A stretch of DNA of 64,000 nt from Bigelowiella natans CCMP2755 (lineage: Eukaryota; Protista; Cercozoa): contig ADNK01002159.1 of the NCBI GenBank assembly GCA_000320545.1, forward strand, positions 1-64,000, in the 5' to 3' direction. The notes under the pieces are model-generated. The model was not told the origin of the DNA. It made no database searches and saw only the letters and a program-made list of their open reading frames with translations. Of this stretch, positions 28,599 to 41,209 are shown piece after piece. Position 1 is the first letter of the stretch. Each line of letters opens with the position of its first letter. The translations under genes were made by a program, and so were the position numbers.

Positions 28599-30310
28599 TC
28601 AGTCTGAAATAGATATTTTCTTCAGCAACGCCTGCAAAATTTCGGGGAAGGAGTTTGCCACACAGTGACCATGACTTTTGAGCTGAGTGAACTCTGTCTG
28701 GGCATTGGAATGTATGCTTCGCCCTTCGTCTATCGGAACAACTTTGTCATCCTCAGAGTGGAAGTGCAAGATCCAGGAGGCATTTGCCTTCACTTTGTCC
28801 CAATTCCAAGGCCGATCATAGTAACCGCAATCTTTCTCTTCCTCCTCTGTCATGTCTTCCTTCAGCTCCTCAGCCAGCTGGCCTGCAGAACAAACCAACA
28901 TTCCTGCCACCTTCTCCTTCTCGGCAAGCCGTAGGATTAAGTCTCCACCGGTAGAGTGCCCGACGAAGATGCAATCTTCGAGTGTCTTTCGTCCTGCGAG
29001 CATTTCATCTCTTAGAAATGCCATCCAAATCCGCTCTCTGCATTTTCGCGGCTCGGGCATCCCACGCCAAGGCATTATGACGTCAATCCCCCTTGAAACG
29101 AGCTCCTTTCCCAGCCAGAAATACCAGTTCGCGCGCATCACATGCACATCACCTCCAGCTCCCGGTACAATTACAACGGAAATCTTTCTAAGCCTTTCAC
29201 TCAACTTTATTTCCTTGGCCCTCCGTGGCCCAACATCCTTTATGGCAGACACTCGACGCGCTACTTCGTTCGCAATGACCTCGTCGATGCGCTTCCGAGT
29301 TTCGGCCTGATCCTTTTTGAACTTTGCCTTAGCTGCCTCAAGCCACGACTCTTCACTCAACATAACGGAGGGAATCGTGACGTCGGCTTTTGATTGAATC
29401 AGAAGCTTTACTAATGCGTCGCTTGGAGTTGCGTTGGTGGATTGAAAGTTGACGAGACGGGCGGTCGCTGGACAGTTCCCGCACAGATCCTTCTTGCACG
29501 GGTTAGCCTTCGCTTCTATCAGCAACTGGGCAGCTTTTAAATTTCCCGCAATTACTGCAGAATGGAGGGCAGTGCGTCCTCCAGGGATCAGCTCGAAAGG
29601 TGTCTCGACATCGCCGCTTGTGAGCGATACGTCAGCATCTTTGGCGATGATAGATTGCAGGATCTCTAAGTCACAGTCCACGTTCCCTGCCACACAATGA
29701 AGGAGCGATATTCCAGTACTTGACTGCCAGTCTATCTCAAGTTCTCTCTTCGAAAGGTGCTTGGATGCCAGGAGTGCTGCTGCTAGCTTTACCTCGTCAG
29801 CATTGATGCAGAAATAGAGCGCGGGGACGCCGGAAAAGCGTTTACCATGCAAAGATCCTCGACCCTGGCTCGCGTCATGCATCGGGAGGAGCACGATCTG
29901 CGATTCCAAAACCGGCCGAGATTCGTCATGCTCAAATCCTTGTGCTGCACAGAGCTCGAGCGCCCGATTCAATTCGTTGCCCTCCTCCAGGATAAGTTTG
30001 GCTGCATATTTGAAGAGTCGATCCTTCCTCTCTATCACTCGCTGCGTCTCCGCCGCCTTTGCCTTCGTCCAGGCTCTATAGACGACCATGCGTCCGAACT
30101 TCGTTTCCTTGCCCTTGTCGAGGACCTTATTTTAATCATAAATTAGAGCCTCTTGCCACGTGAAAATAAAAGTAAATATCATTTGCGCGTAGGTGCCCTC
30201 CTCGTCCCCATCCGCTTCCCCCCCCCTTCATAGACAACCTCACGGGCTGATAACTTCGACTCGATCAGGGAAGCCACGAATTCGTCGAGGGTGGCGGCCC
30301 CTTCCTCCAT
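28599..30310 (-). CDS. Ankyrin-repeat plus RBBP9/YdeN serine hydrolase fusion; exons 30310-30239 and 30125-28599
   Basis: Ankyrin motif GRTALHSAVIAGNLKAAQLLIEAKA. RBBP9-like VIVPG..WYFW..MPEP..RERIW..VGHSTGG..GYYDRPWNWDKVKAN..SEDD..GH provides a Ser-Asp-His triad. Confidence 0.88.
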
Positions 30311-30561
30311 TTTTACATACGATCTGTATTCGGAAGGAGATTGATAGGGGAGAAAATATCTCTGATTGATTTTAAGGTGCGACATGCATCCGACGTTGTC
30401 GCAATTAAAAACACCCTTATTCTCTCTGTAGATCTATAAAAAAATATTTTTTGGCAATCGTCACGGGTCATTCTTATTATTATTCCTGGTCCACTTCCGG
30501 CCCCCACCCCAATTCCCGGACGAAACACATCCCGCAACGATCTGGAGGGAGGGTCCAGTCC

Positions 30562-32661
30562 ATGCGCTGGGTGCTGGCTGTATGCTTGCTGCTAGGCAGG
30601 TTCCCCACCGCCGCTACATTTGAATCAGAGGACGAAGGCTTCTGTGTTGCGGGGGGGCATTGCGAGCTGAACGAATTACTTGCATCTTACAAAGAACGTC
30701 ATCTAGCGGTAACCGAGAGTTTAAAGGCCAATAAAGAGCCCCCTGGCCATGGCTTCATTGTTATGCAGCCGTCTGGTGGTGGTCTGGGAAACCGTGAATT
30801 GGTGTCGATATCAGGACTGGCGTTGGCCCTCACCACAGATAGAGTCGCCCTAGTTGATTGGTACGGAGTCACATCGAACGACATCTCCGATGTACATCAA
30901 GTGTATGATTCGCCACACGGTCTTACTTTGAGCTACCCAAAGCTTAGATCACTTTGGCCCTCTTGGTCCGGGTGGAAGAGTGAGAAAATGTACATCTTTG
31001 ATAGCACGAACGTATACAACCAAATGTGGGGGGCAGATGAGATGGTGTGTACAGACCTGAAGTCAGAGTTAAAGAACGTTAAAGTTCTTCGCGTGATTAC
31101 AGAACAATATGTGACAAGCCTCGTGACACATAACCCAAAGGTGCGTCACATCTTCGAACCTCTCATGCCAAACCTGTATCAGCACCTCTCCAGTTTCTTC
31201 GTTCGGCCTCTCAGCGTGATAGCGGACCGAGTCGAGGAATTCTACCTGTCGCACATGAAAGAGAACTATGTCATAGGAATTCAAGTGAGGCGAGCTCAAA
31301 ATAGCGGTCACTTCTTTCTGTGGGAGGATCAGCATCTGTTTTGGGAATGCGCCTTGATGATGGCATCGCGTGCTTCTCGTCGGCAACAACGGCCTGTTGT
31401 CTTCTTTATCGCAACTGACTCTGAAAGTGTGAGGAGCGAGGCAGTTCAGGCTCTCGGTAAAGTATATCAGGTGTTGACGGTGGAAATGGATACCCGTAAG
31501 CCGGATACGAGGGGCGACGAGGGGTGGCAAAACGCGCTGGTGGACAACTACGTGCTATCTCGCTGTGACGACATGCTAGTGTCAGGAGGCTCCACCTTCG
31601 GTTATGTCGCGCATGGGCGGAGCGACGTGATTCCTATGGTCGTGTCTGGTTTTCATAGACGATGTATGCGCCCGCCCACCGCTGAGCCTTACAACATAGG
31701 CTATCTTGCGATTAAGAAGGTGTCCTGCTTTGACCCGAAGGCTATGCTGACGCAGGAAACGGATATGATCTGTTCGAGTGTGCAATCGGTGCACTCGTGC
31801 GCCTCCCATAGCGCTGAGCTCATGGCGGACATCATGGGGCCGACGAAGAAGCCTCATTTCGACCTGGGAGAGGAGCAGAATCTCCCCAAATCTTACCTGA
31901 AATATGCCAAATCGACTGCAGTAGCGAAGAAAAAGATGAGGAAATGGCAACAGTCTGACGTCGTGGGCATGATTGAGGAAGCTCATGTCCATACCATTAA
32001 CAATCGGTTCGCAAAAGCAAAGGACATATATGCTCGGGCTGCGGTTGCAGCAGCTTCCAAGGGCGATAGTGCTGCAGCTGGTGATGCGTTCTACGCTCTG
32101 GCCGGCTGCCTGTTGCTCTCCACTTCTCGCGCAAAAGAGACGGGGGAAGACACGAACGTGTTGTTCTCCGAGGCGATGAAAGCGCTGTACTCAGGTCTGC
32201 GGCTGTCCCCGTATAGGGTTGAGGCCAACATAATCATGGGCAATTTTATGGAGATATGGGGAGGCACTCCCCGTAGCCATGTCGGGGTACAGTTTTACCG
32301 CAGAGCTCAATGGTGCTTGGAAGCGGAGACGTTTGAATACGATGTGGAAGAAGACAATTTGGGAAGCAACCACCATGTCCACACGAAATGGGTCGGCGGC
32401 TGTGCTTTGATGGGGATTCCCCTCGAAGAGGCAGCTGAAATGGTCAGCCTAGACATGATTCTTCTCACAAGCTACGTGCACTTAGCCCGCAGCCTCGGCA
32501 AGGCCGGGAGACAGAACGAGGCGAGAGAGATGAGCAAAGTCATGGAGGATGACCTTCCGCCGGAAGTATTTGAATTGAGGGAAAAGGTGGACACTCTATT
32601 GAGTCCGGAGCTTGTGAGAATGCTCTTGGGTGCCGATTTTCTCGCAAGGCAACAAGGATAG
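30562..32661 (+). CDS. GT37/NodZ-type fucosyltransferase with signal peptide and C-terminal TPR-like helical domain; intronless
   Basis: GGLGNR..ALTTDRVALVDW, VIGIQVR, FFIATDS and ALVDNYVLSRCDDMLVSGGSTFGYVAHG match the GDP-fucose transferase motifs. Leader MRWVLAVCLLLG. Confidence 0.85.
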   Translation: MRWVLAVCLLLGRFPTAATFESEDEGFCVAGGHCELNELLASYKERHLAVTESLKANKEPPGHGFIVMQPSGGGLGNRELVSISGLALALTTDRVALVDWYGVTSNDISDVHQVYDSPHGLTLSYPKLRSLWPSWSGWKSEKMYIFDSTNVYNQMWGADEMVCTDLKSELKNVKVLRVITEQYVTSLVTHNPKVRHIFEPLMPNLYQHLSSFFVRPLSVIADRVEEFYLSHMKENYVIGIQVRRAQNSGHFFLWEDQHLFWECALMMASRASRRQQRPVVFFIATDSESVRSEAVQALGKVYQVLTVEMDTRKPDTRGDEGWQNALVDNYVLSRCDDMLVSGGSTFGYVAHGRSDVIPMVVSGFHRRCMRPPTAEPYNIGYLAIKKVSCFDPKAMLTQETDMICSSVQSVHSCASHSAELMADIMGPTKKPHFDLGEEQNLPKSYLKYAKSTAVAKKKMRKWQQSDVVGMIEEAHVHTINNRFAKAKDIYARAAVAAASKGDSAAAGDAFYALAGCLLLSTSRAKETGEDTNVLFSEAMKALYSGLRLSPYRVEANIIMGNFMEIWGGTPRSHVGVQFYRRAQWCLEAETFEYDVEEDNLGSNHHVHTKWVGGCALMGIPLEEAAEMVSLDMILLTSYVHLARSLGKAGRQNEAREMSKVMEDDLPPEVFELREKVDTLLSPELVRMLLGADFLARQQG

Positions 32662-32920
32662 GCGAGTTTTAGCAGTGGAATATTAGATACGTTGTCGTAG
32701 TAAGACAGTTCATTTGCGATTTGATATGCAATCGAAATAAACGCCATTTCGCCCTCGTTCGATGGGTATCGTAGAAAATTGATTATAGACGTGCGTGGCA
32801 AATTTACAGCAGTAGCTCATGTTATGTATGACGGTAGCGGCGGACGCGCGTTGCTGGGAAATATAGGTCTAGGTCACATGCATGTTGTCAGCATTTGTAT
32901 CTCTATGTATACGATGTAAG

Positions 32921-32987
<67 letters not shown>

Positions 32988-33499
32988 CGTGTGTAACGAT
33001 GTTGATGATATTTGTTGCGCGTTTTAAGTTTTGCTCCTATCATTGTTCTATGCCATAGCGAGTTAATCTTGCGTATAGACTGTGCCTGCACTGCGTTGCG
33101 CAGCTATTGATTATCAGTTACCAGTTAGTTCTGCGTAAGTAACAATGAACAACATGACTTTGATGGCTAAATTACATGCATCTACAGCGTTATGTGTAAC
33201 ATACAACTATGTCATGTAGGTGGAATTCTCGCTATATGCGCTCGATATATGGAATATCACGCTACAGCGCTGCATGCTATGCGATGATAGACTGCATTCA
33301 TAGCATACATGCTGAAGCACGGCAACGTGTGCACAATGGTAGGCACGACTGTATCACACTATACATCTGCATATATGTATAGTTACAGCTCACACAGTGA
33401 TGCCTCGCTTGTGATACGCATCTTAATATCTTACGCCCTACTACCACATACATATGTGCTAGAATCGCATACATTTAACATCATACAGTACGTATTTTG

Positions 33500-34868
33500 T
33501 TAACATATTTCAACCAATTTTCCCGGCTCATTTTCGACGATACTGATGCCACTTTGCTCAAAAATAGCCACCCCTGCACCTTCTGTACTGCTTGAAACCA
33601 AGCTTGAGAGCACTCCACTGGCCTCTATTTCCCCGTTACGGAGTGGAATTAAATGCCGTGCCTGAATATGATCATCGTCACCGCACCATAACTGATCTAG
33701 TACAATTTCTACTGCAACTTAAGTCTCATGGTGGTGCAGAAGGCATCCACATACCTTCAAATGTCTTGCCAAAGCCATTGCTCGCTCCTCACCGTGAACC
33801 AACGTAAGGAACGGTAGCTCCTGGCGCTTTGTGGGCACAATTACGATGTCTGCTTCCATTCCCTGCAGCAACTTAGAATCCAAATCGACGTCGTTGTGGG
33901 GCTCGTAATATACGCTCGGCCCCTCCCATTTCACAATATAACCGTTTTCAGGATCCTGCCATGGCGGGCCTACCAGCGAGCCCGGGGTTGCGCGTATGAG
34001 TAAAGGCCCGAGGCCAACAGAAGTTCCTGGACGAAGTATGCACAGCTCCGTTTCATTGAATACTTCTAACAGACGCGATTTTGCGGACGGTGGGGCAATA
34101 ATGATCGGGGGGCTTGGGTTGTTCTGTTATTCCGTAAAATCACAGTCACTCAATGTTTGTGTGGCAGAATAGAGCATGATGGGCAAGCTCTCCGGGAGAC
34201 TCCCGATTCGATGCGAGAGCTAGAACTCGACACAAAATCATACACGATATATTAGTTGAAACCTGAAACAGGCGTTTCTTTAAGAGCTTGAGCGTCGGCA
34301 AGTGGGTGTGGTCGTCGAGGGCCTGTGTCAGTAGGATGCCAATAGGTTTCTGCTGCACAATCCTGTCGATCGTTTCTTGCTCGTTGCGCAAGATACGAGG
34401 CCTTGCTGAATAAAACCCCTGGGGCAAGGAGAAATCCAGGGTGCCAACAAGTGGGTCGACGACTATGCTCACGCCCGGCTCCTTCGAAGATAACGTCGAT
34501 GATGGTGATGATGATGGCGACGGGTACGAAGAGGTGTGGCGGAAGTTCCAGAGCTGTCCGTTTACCTTAGTTACACAATAATCACTCTCCCTTTTCTTCT
34601 CTTAAAACGCCAGGATAAATTCATCTGCCTTTAAAAAAAAAAACCTGCGTTTGATTTCCTTTTATTTTCAAGTTACCTCGAGATGCATGTATCCGAAGGA
34701 GGCGGCTGTCGATCCAGCGAATACCCATGGCCGCGTCGCGGCTTGGCCCACCCTTTGAGCAGAATACCCCGGATATCTCCGAACCGTAACGCAAATAAAG
34801 TACATCAAAAGACTCGCGACGGCCACAATGCCGGCCCGAGCCCTCCTCCGAGCCGAGCGTGTGGCCAT
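33500..34868 (-). CDS. Metallo-beta-lactamase-fold hydrolase (plant/cyanobacterial plastid type) with bipartite leader
   Basis: YMHLE|VNGQLW, IVVDPLVGTLDF, LLTQALDDHTHLPTL, GSLVGPPWQDPENGY, VYYEPH, IPLRNGEIEASG. Confidence 0.85.
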
Positions 34869-35621
34869 AATGGCCACTCTGCACTGGGCACGCAGAAAGG
34901 CCAAATTCCTCAATTCTCTCCCAGGTCCTAAAATAAGAAAAGTGGCCAGTTTTTCCAGTCGCTCGTCCTAAATGACATGGAATTACTTGATTTAATGCTC
35001 AGATATTTTCTCGAAAACGAGAGATTACGCAATGTTGCTGAGGCTGACAACGTCGTCGCCGACTTTTATAGGATTTTCTGAAATCGCTCGCGATTCGCAG
35101 ATTGCCCATTGGAATTTAGGCTATTTTGGGATCCAAACACCTCGAGCAACTGACGTGTAGCACGGGTGCAACAGTGCGAGGACGACTTGTGGAATCGGAT
35201 GTATTCTTCCTTGTCGTAGACTCGAAATTCAGGCAATATTCGATCGGAAATTTGAAATTAGTTCCGAGCTGATTGGCGCCATCACCAGTGCCATCCACCC
35301 AATGGCCTCATTAAGTACTTCCCCCATCCCCATCCCCCATGCAGTTTCGATGACCACCGTGAACAAAGAAAATGTTCTAGATATGGCTAGGAATTACTAT
35401 AGATCTACCGTAGCGATTTTTTCTTCAAAGTCTTTCTTCATAATTTTCCTGTGGGGGGAAGGATGGTCATGCCGGAAAAAATAAATCAAAGCTATCTTTC
35501 CAAAACATCACAACCCCCTTCCATCTATCGGAAAAGCATCATATTATGCCATACTATTTGTCCTTTCGACTCCTCTAATTGAGGAGGCTAAAAACAATTA
35601 CAAGCTCCCTCCACGAGGGGT

Positions 35622-36649
35622 ATGCTGAAGATGTGCTCTAACGGTGCGCAATGTTGTTCATCAGGAGATCAGCTGGTGGGGGCATGCAGCCTTATCGCTT
35701 TGGTGTCAGTTTGCATGTTGCTTATAAATTCCTCATCGCTTCCCCTAGGGAAACCCTTTTCCGCCAAAAGGTGGTTCATTGGCTGTAGAAGAGTAGGATT
35801 GCTATAAAGTCGCTGATATTTTTCGCTGTAACACCGTGTATTTTTTGTTTCAGATCGGGGATCACCATTCGTCCCACTTCATGGCGTCAAAAAAGCTTTC
35901 GGAGGACCATCCCTGAAACAGAAGCTGCTTCCGGATTGGGCTACCGACAGAGCATGTGCAACGGCCAGAGATCTACAACGAGGAGGCCGCTACGACATCA
36001 CGCATACTTTCGTGACTTTATTGTCGGTCTCCAAGGCGAGAATGACACCGATAAGAGGCGCACCTCCAACCAACTGGATCGACCCAAAAAGGAAGGGGTG
36101 AACAAGAAAGGGGTTGTGCGTTCCTCTCTCCTCGCTCAAAGCCAGGACACTAAATTATCAGTGCCAAAAACTGCGCCTTCATCATTATCGGTGCGAAACG
36201 GTGTAAGCAGCACCAGCAGCAGCAATAATGCCTCCGGCTGTACCTGGCAAGAAGCCGGGGTTGGAGGCCGCGTGGAGGCTCCAAAAAAGTTTCCCATCAT
36301 ATTGGTACTGCTGAGAAAGAGCGGGGGGGGGGGGGGGGGGGGAGCATGCGGATGCGAAGAGTGTTGACGGTTAGCTGGGGTTCCAACAACTGACGCAAAC
36401 ATTGCTTCGCAGGTTCTCCCTGGCTTTGGAAACTGTCAGGTGTGAATTTACGATGTGTTTGCCATATTTTAGAATGTTTTTCTCATTGCTGCTCGCAAGC
36501 GCCCGGCGGCCACACATACACATACACATATACATGCACATGCACAAGCACACAACACAGATACACGTGTACACACATTGCTTGTAACAAGTACAAAGCA
36601 GCCTACCTACTGCAGCATATAAGAATGACTCCATCCATGTATAAGTGAG

Positions 36650-36689
<40 letters not shown>

Positions 36690-36716
36690 TGTATAATATA
36701 CATAAATATGTGTGTA

Positions 36717-36758
<42 letters not shown>

Positions 36759-38208
36759 GTGTGTGGGTGTCTGCGTGTTATTGAGACATAAATATACATA
36801 TTCGCAGAGCGACTACGTGGAGATGCTTGGCTCGCAGATTTCCCTCACAGGAGCACTTAATGCGCGCGGATTCAGGGCCACCGTTTTACCGATAGAAAGA
36901 GTGGAATGGTTCAATGTCGCGAAGGGACTACTTTCGCTAGACTTCTGGCGCTCGAAATCACTGCCGTCCGGACCCGGATATAACTGGTATTCATCTCCGT
37001 TTAACCCCCCCCCCAAACCGTCATCAGCGCACGTTCTACGATGTTCTTGTTCTCTCCCTGTTATAGTTGTCAATTTCACCTCCTCGATATGAAGCATCGA
37101 ATAAGTTGTCATTATCATCAGACCTGTAATATTTATTATTATTATTATTGTTGTTGTTGTTGTTGTTGTTGTTGTAATGGGACGCCGTTGTGCTCTCTCT
37201 CTCTCTCACCTCGAAGGTATATCAACCGGATAAATGAAACCATAACAGAGCTGCTGTCGCACACAGACGAAGAGGTCAATCACCCCTACTCACTCACCAC
37301 CGACAATGCCGGCAGAACTAGTTGAGATGGGAAGGGGCATTTCATATACATGTATTACATGTAGTATCTATTACCACTCGATGCTGGACTGCCCCTCCTC
37401 CTCTTCCCCCTCCTCCTCCTCCTCCTCCTCCTCCTCCTCCTTCTGACATTGGCTTCACTCCTCAGCACGTTGTCCTGGTCGCCCACTCCGCTGGAGGTAG
37501 GAACAAGAGAGGGCTTTAGAGGAGGAGGAGGGGGGGGGGGGGGCTACGCCTGCATTCTATTATCACTATTGCTTCACTTGTCCTCATAATAATAGGCCTC
37601 TAATCATCATCTGTATTATATCTTCTCCTGCTGTTTGCTTTATCCTCGCAGGGTGGTTGGCACGTGCGTATTTAGCTGAGAGGGAAGACGACCATAGAGT
37701 CAGCGCTCTGGTCACTTTAGGTTGCTGCTGCTGCTGCTGCTGCTGCTGCCTCCTCAGTAGAGACTTTCCGTCTACTCCTTTCCGCGGCGACGAAAGAGAG
37801 AAAGGAGCTTGGAAGAAAGAAAAAGAAACGAGAAAGAGAGCGTTCTTTGGGGGGGGGGGGCTTGCGAATCTACACTTGTCTGATGCATCATCATACAATT
37901 TCTAATAGCATCTTTTCAAATCCTCCTTTTCTTTCACCCAAAGCATAATCTTTTCTGATTTTTCCCCTCCCAGGCACGCCACACCATAATGAAGGGGGAA
38001 CCGACGTCACGAGAGGCGTCCTACCGTACGTGGAAGAACAAGAAGAAGAAGAAGAAGAATACAAAACAACAACACACAACAAGAAAGGCACAGACAACGA
38101 GGCATTCCTTCACCCTCTCTTCAATCTTCCGCCACCCCCTTCTCTCTCTCCTAGTGCTATCATTGGAGTGTTGTTATTTATTATTGTTGTTATGTTCGTG
38201 ACTAGTAA

Positions 38209-38253
<45 letters not shown>

Positions 38254-39415
38254 TCGTTGCTCTCGCAGCTATTTGAACGAGCAGTTCCCCGGCGCTCATT
38301 TAGATGGCATTCGCTACATCTCTGTGGCCGGCAAGGCGATCCAAGGCTCCACGGTAGTTGTAGCAGTAGTAGCAGCTGCATCTTCTCATATCAACACGAA
38401 CAGCATGTAGTAGCTTTGGGGGGGGGGGGGGGGAAGCGGAAAAGTAATACCACAACCACTTAAAGGAGTATATATTGGGAAACTACTGCGGTCTTTCGTC
38501 GTGTCATCTATCAGCATCATGTCATATCACTACCATTTATCGTTACATTATCCCCCCCCCCCCCCCCTTGTTCAGAAGCGAGAGGGGCGCAAGTCTGCCA
38601 AAGCGGCCTTCGCAGCCTACCACCAAGTGTGTGGAAAGGGAGACGTGTTTGGCGATGGCGTAATACCCTTGGAAGCGGCGCATCTGCCAGGGGCGCGACA
38701 GGTTATTTCAACAACAACAACAACAACAGCCACCACCACCACCAATGGGCTGCTAGCACTATAGAGGCTGCTCTCAGCGAATGAAAAAACAAGTGGTGGG
38801 GAAAAAAAAATTAGTGCGAGCAACTTCGTATTAGCCGGATTGACCACCACGTTTTACCACTGAGTGTAGCCTTCACATACTTGTATGTAGGGGGGGGGGG
38901 GGGGAGCGGGTTTGCACTAATCTTGGCTCTTTCGTTTTCCCTTCAAATCCTCGTTGTTCTTATTATTGATACCCTACCTTCCCCTCCTCCTCCCCACTTC
39001 GTCGCCGTCGCAGGTGACGCTAGATGGCGTATGGCACTCTATTGATAAGGCGGATTCGTGGTATGGCTCGGACGGTACGTTTGTGCTGCTGTGCCAATGC
39101 AAGTGTATGAGAGAGAGAGCGAGAGAGAGAGAGAGAGAGTTTCTAAGTGTACGTGCGTAGAGGGGGGCGGGGGTTGAGAGGGATTGGTGATCATTAGGTT
39201 GAAAAGAAGAGATGAGTGTCAAAGTGATGACGCGGTGTACTCGAAGACTACCATCGATTGGTGATGCAGAGAAGCCTATTCTAAATTACATCCTACCCCT
39301 CTACTACACCCTTCCTCCCCTCCTCTCCCCTCTCCTCTGCAACCATGCGGAATGAGCAGGAAATATTGACCGTTGGTTGTGGAGCCTTTGTGAGGAATGC
39401 GATGACGTCGTTTAG
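35622..39415 (+). CDS. PGAP1-like alpha/beta hydrolase (esterase/lipase) with bipartite leader, ~11 exons
   Basis: IIL|VLPGFGN, VLVAHSAGG|WLARAYL (AHSAG nucleophile elbow), LVTLG|TPH, DVTRG, YISVAG, GDGVIP, LDGVWHS, WYGSD. Confidence 0.85.
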
Positions 39416-39535
39416 GTGAGGGAGGGAGAAAGGGAAGGGGGGGGGGGGGAGGTATAAGAAATACATGCTGCCTATTGTTGCCTTTTATTCTCGAAATACC
39501 TAGCAAGTGTTTGTGTTTTAAAAAATGATGTGTGC

Positions 39536-39570
<35 letters not shown>

Positions 39571-39618
39571 TACGCGCGAATATCAGTGTTCAGTAGGTCG
39601 GTCCTGGTCTCTCAAATT

Positions 39619-39680
<62 letters not shown>

Positions 39681-40921
39681 GCTCCCGAAATGTCCTCCTC
39701 CTCCTCCTCCTCCTCCTCCTCCTCCTGGTCTACGGAGAACGAAGTCCAATGCTTTTCGCCATCACCAGTTTACTTCACCGTCCGACCCTTCCCAATCTTA
39801 ATTTTACACCGCCGTCTTCATCGTCGTCATCGTCGAGTACCTACCCCCATATCGTTAGCGCACGGGAACCCCCGCTACCACAACTACTTCTGCTACTACT
39901 ACTACTACTACTACTACTACTGCTCCTCTTCCTGTGCCTCCTGCTTCAGTGGCAATAATATAGTTGTACCGAGGAGTGTCCGTTGTCTACGTTAAATCGA
40001 TGGCAGCAGCAGCAGCATCAACATCATCCCCACCCCCCTAATTAACTAACGACCGATATCCACGACGACATGTAAACAAAAAGTCACCGAAGAATAGAAT
40101 TTTACATACAACCGGGACATCAGCAGCAGCAACCACCCGGAACACGCATGGAAAGATATTACGATGATATATACTAGTAGTGACCCTTCCGCGTTGCCCC
40201 TGGCGATGTATCACAATATTGCCTAGAAAAATAGCCGCGCTATATAGATCGACAGGAAGGTTATAATGAAGACCGTCAGATACAAGATAGACAACCAACC
40301 AAAATATTTTACAATAGCTAGATAGAGTGGAGCTATGATTGCCAGCGACGACTTCAGCCCCTGACAAGTTACATCCGCCATAAATGCGAGTGCGTCTGCC
40401 CGAGCCTCATCACCTTCTACTCCTCTTTTCAGAGGCAGTACAAGGGCTCACAAACAACGTCGCCCTGCGACACTGAGGACCGTGGTGGTGTTCATTCGTC
40501 CATGGTGGATGGGATGTCAACAACAGCTTGAAGCAGCAACGTCGACAAGATGTTGCTTTGCTGGTAATAATCCTGACCATAGAATGGCGTAAGCCCTGCT
40601 AATACATATTGCCTTGAAGTATTTGCTGATGTATATAACATGTGTACGTGTGCAGTGCGCAGCATGCGACTGCATGCATGGCGCTACGCTACGCTGTAGC
40701 TGTGCATGTGACAACTTTGCTAGCAGGATGCGAATAAACGATTTCTCGTCGCTCGAGTAGCAATGTAAGCTGGCGATATGCATGCGCGTGAGGAATCGCG
40801 CGCTGCTTTCACAGGCACTAGATACGCATGCGAGTGCCGTGTACGCACCGAATATAACCGCATCACCGGCATGCAAGCATAGCAAATTAGCTAATGTAAG
40901 TCTTAATATAATTTTACACTT

Positions 40922-41164
40922 CTACAACTTTGCCGGGCGAAGAACCATGTCTCCAATACTTGCTCCCTGGCTCATCCTCGCCTGAGCTAGCAAAAACCAC
41001 TGAAGCGAGTACAGCAGGCCTGCGGGTACATCCTGCAAATCACACATCATACGTCAGCATCATCACTAGCGTAAAGTCGGAAAGCAAGAAGCACGAGTCG
41101 GCACATGTACTAAATAGAAGCAGCTTGGCTGTACACGCTGCAGCACCTACACCGTTCGATATAT

Positions 41165-41209
<45 letters not shown>

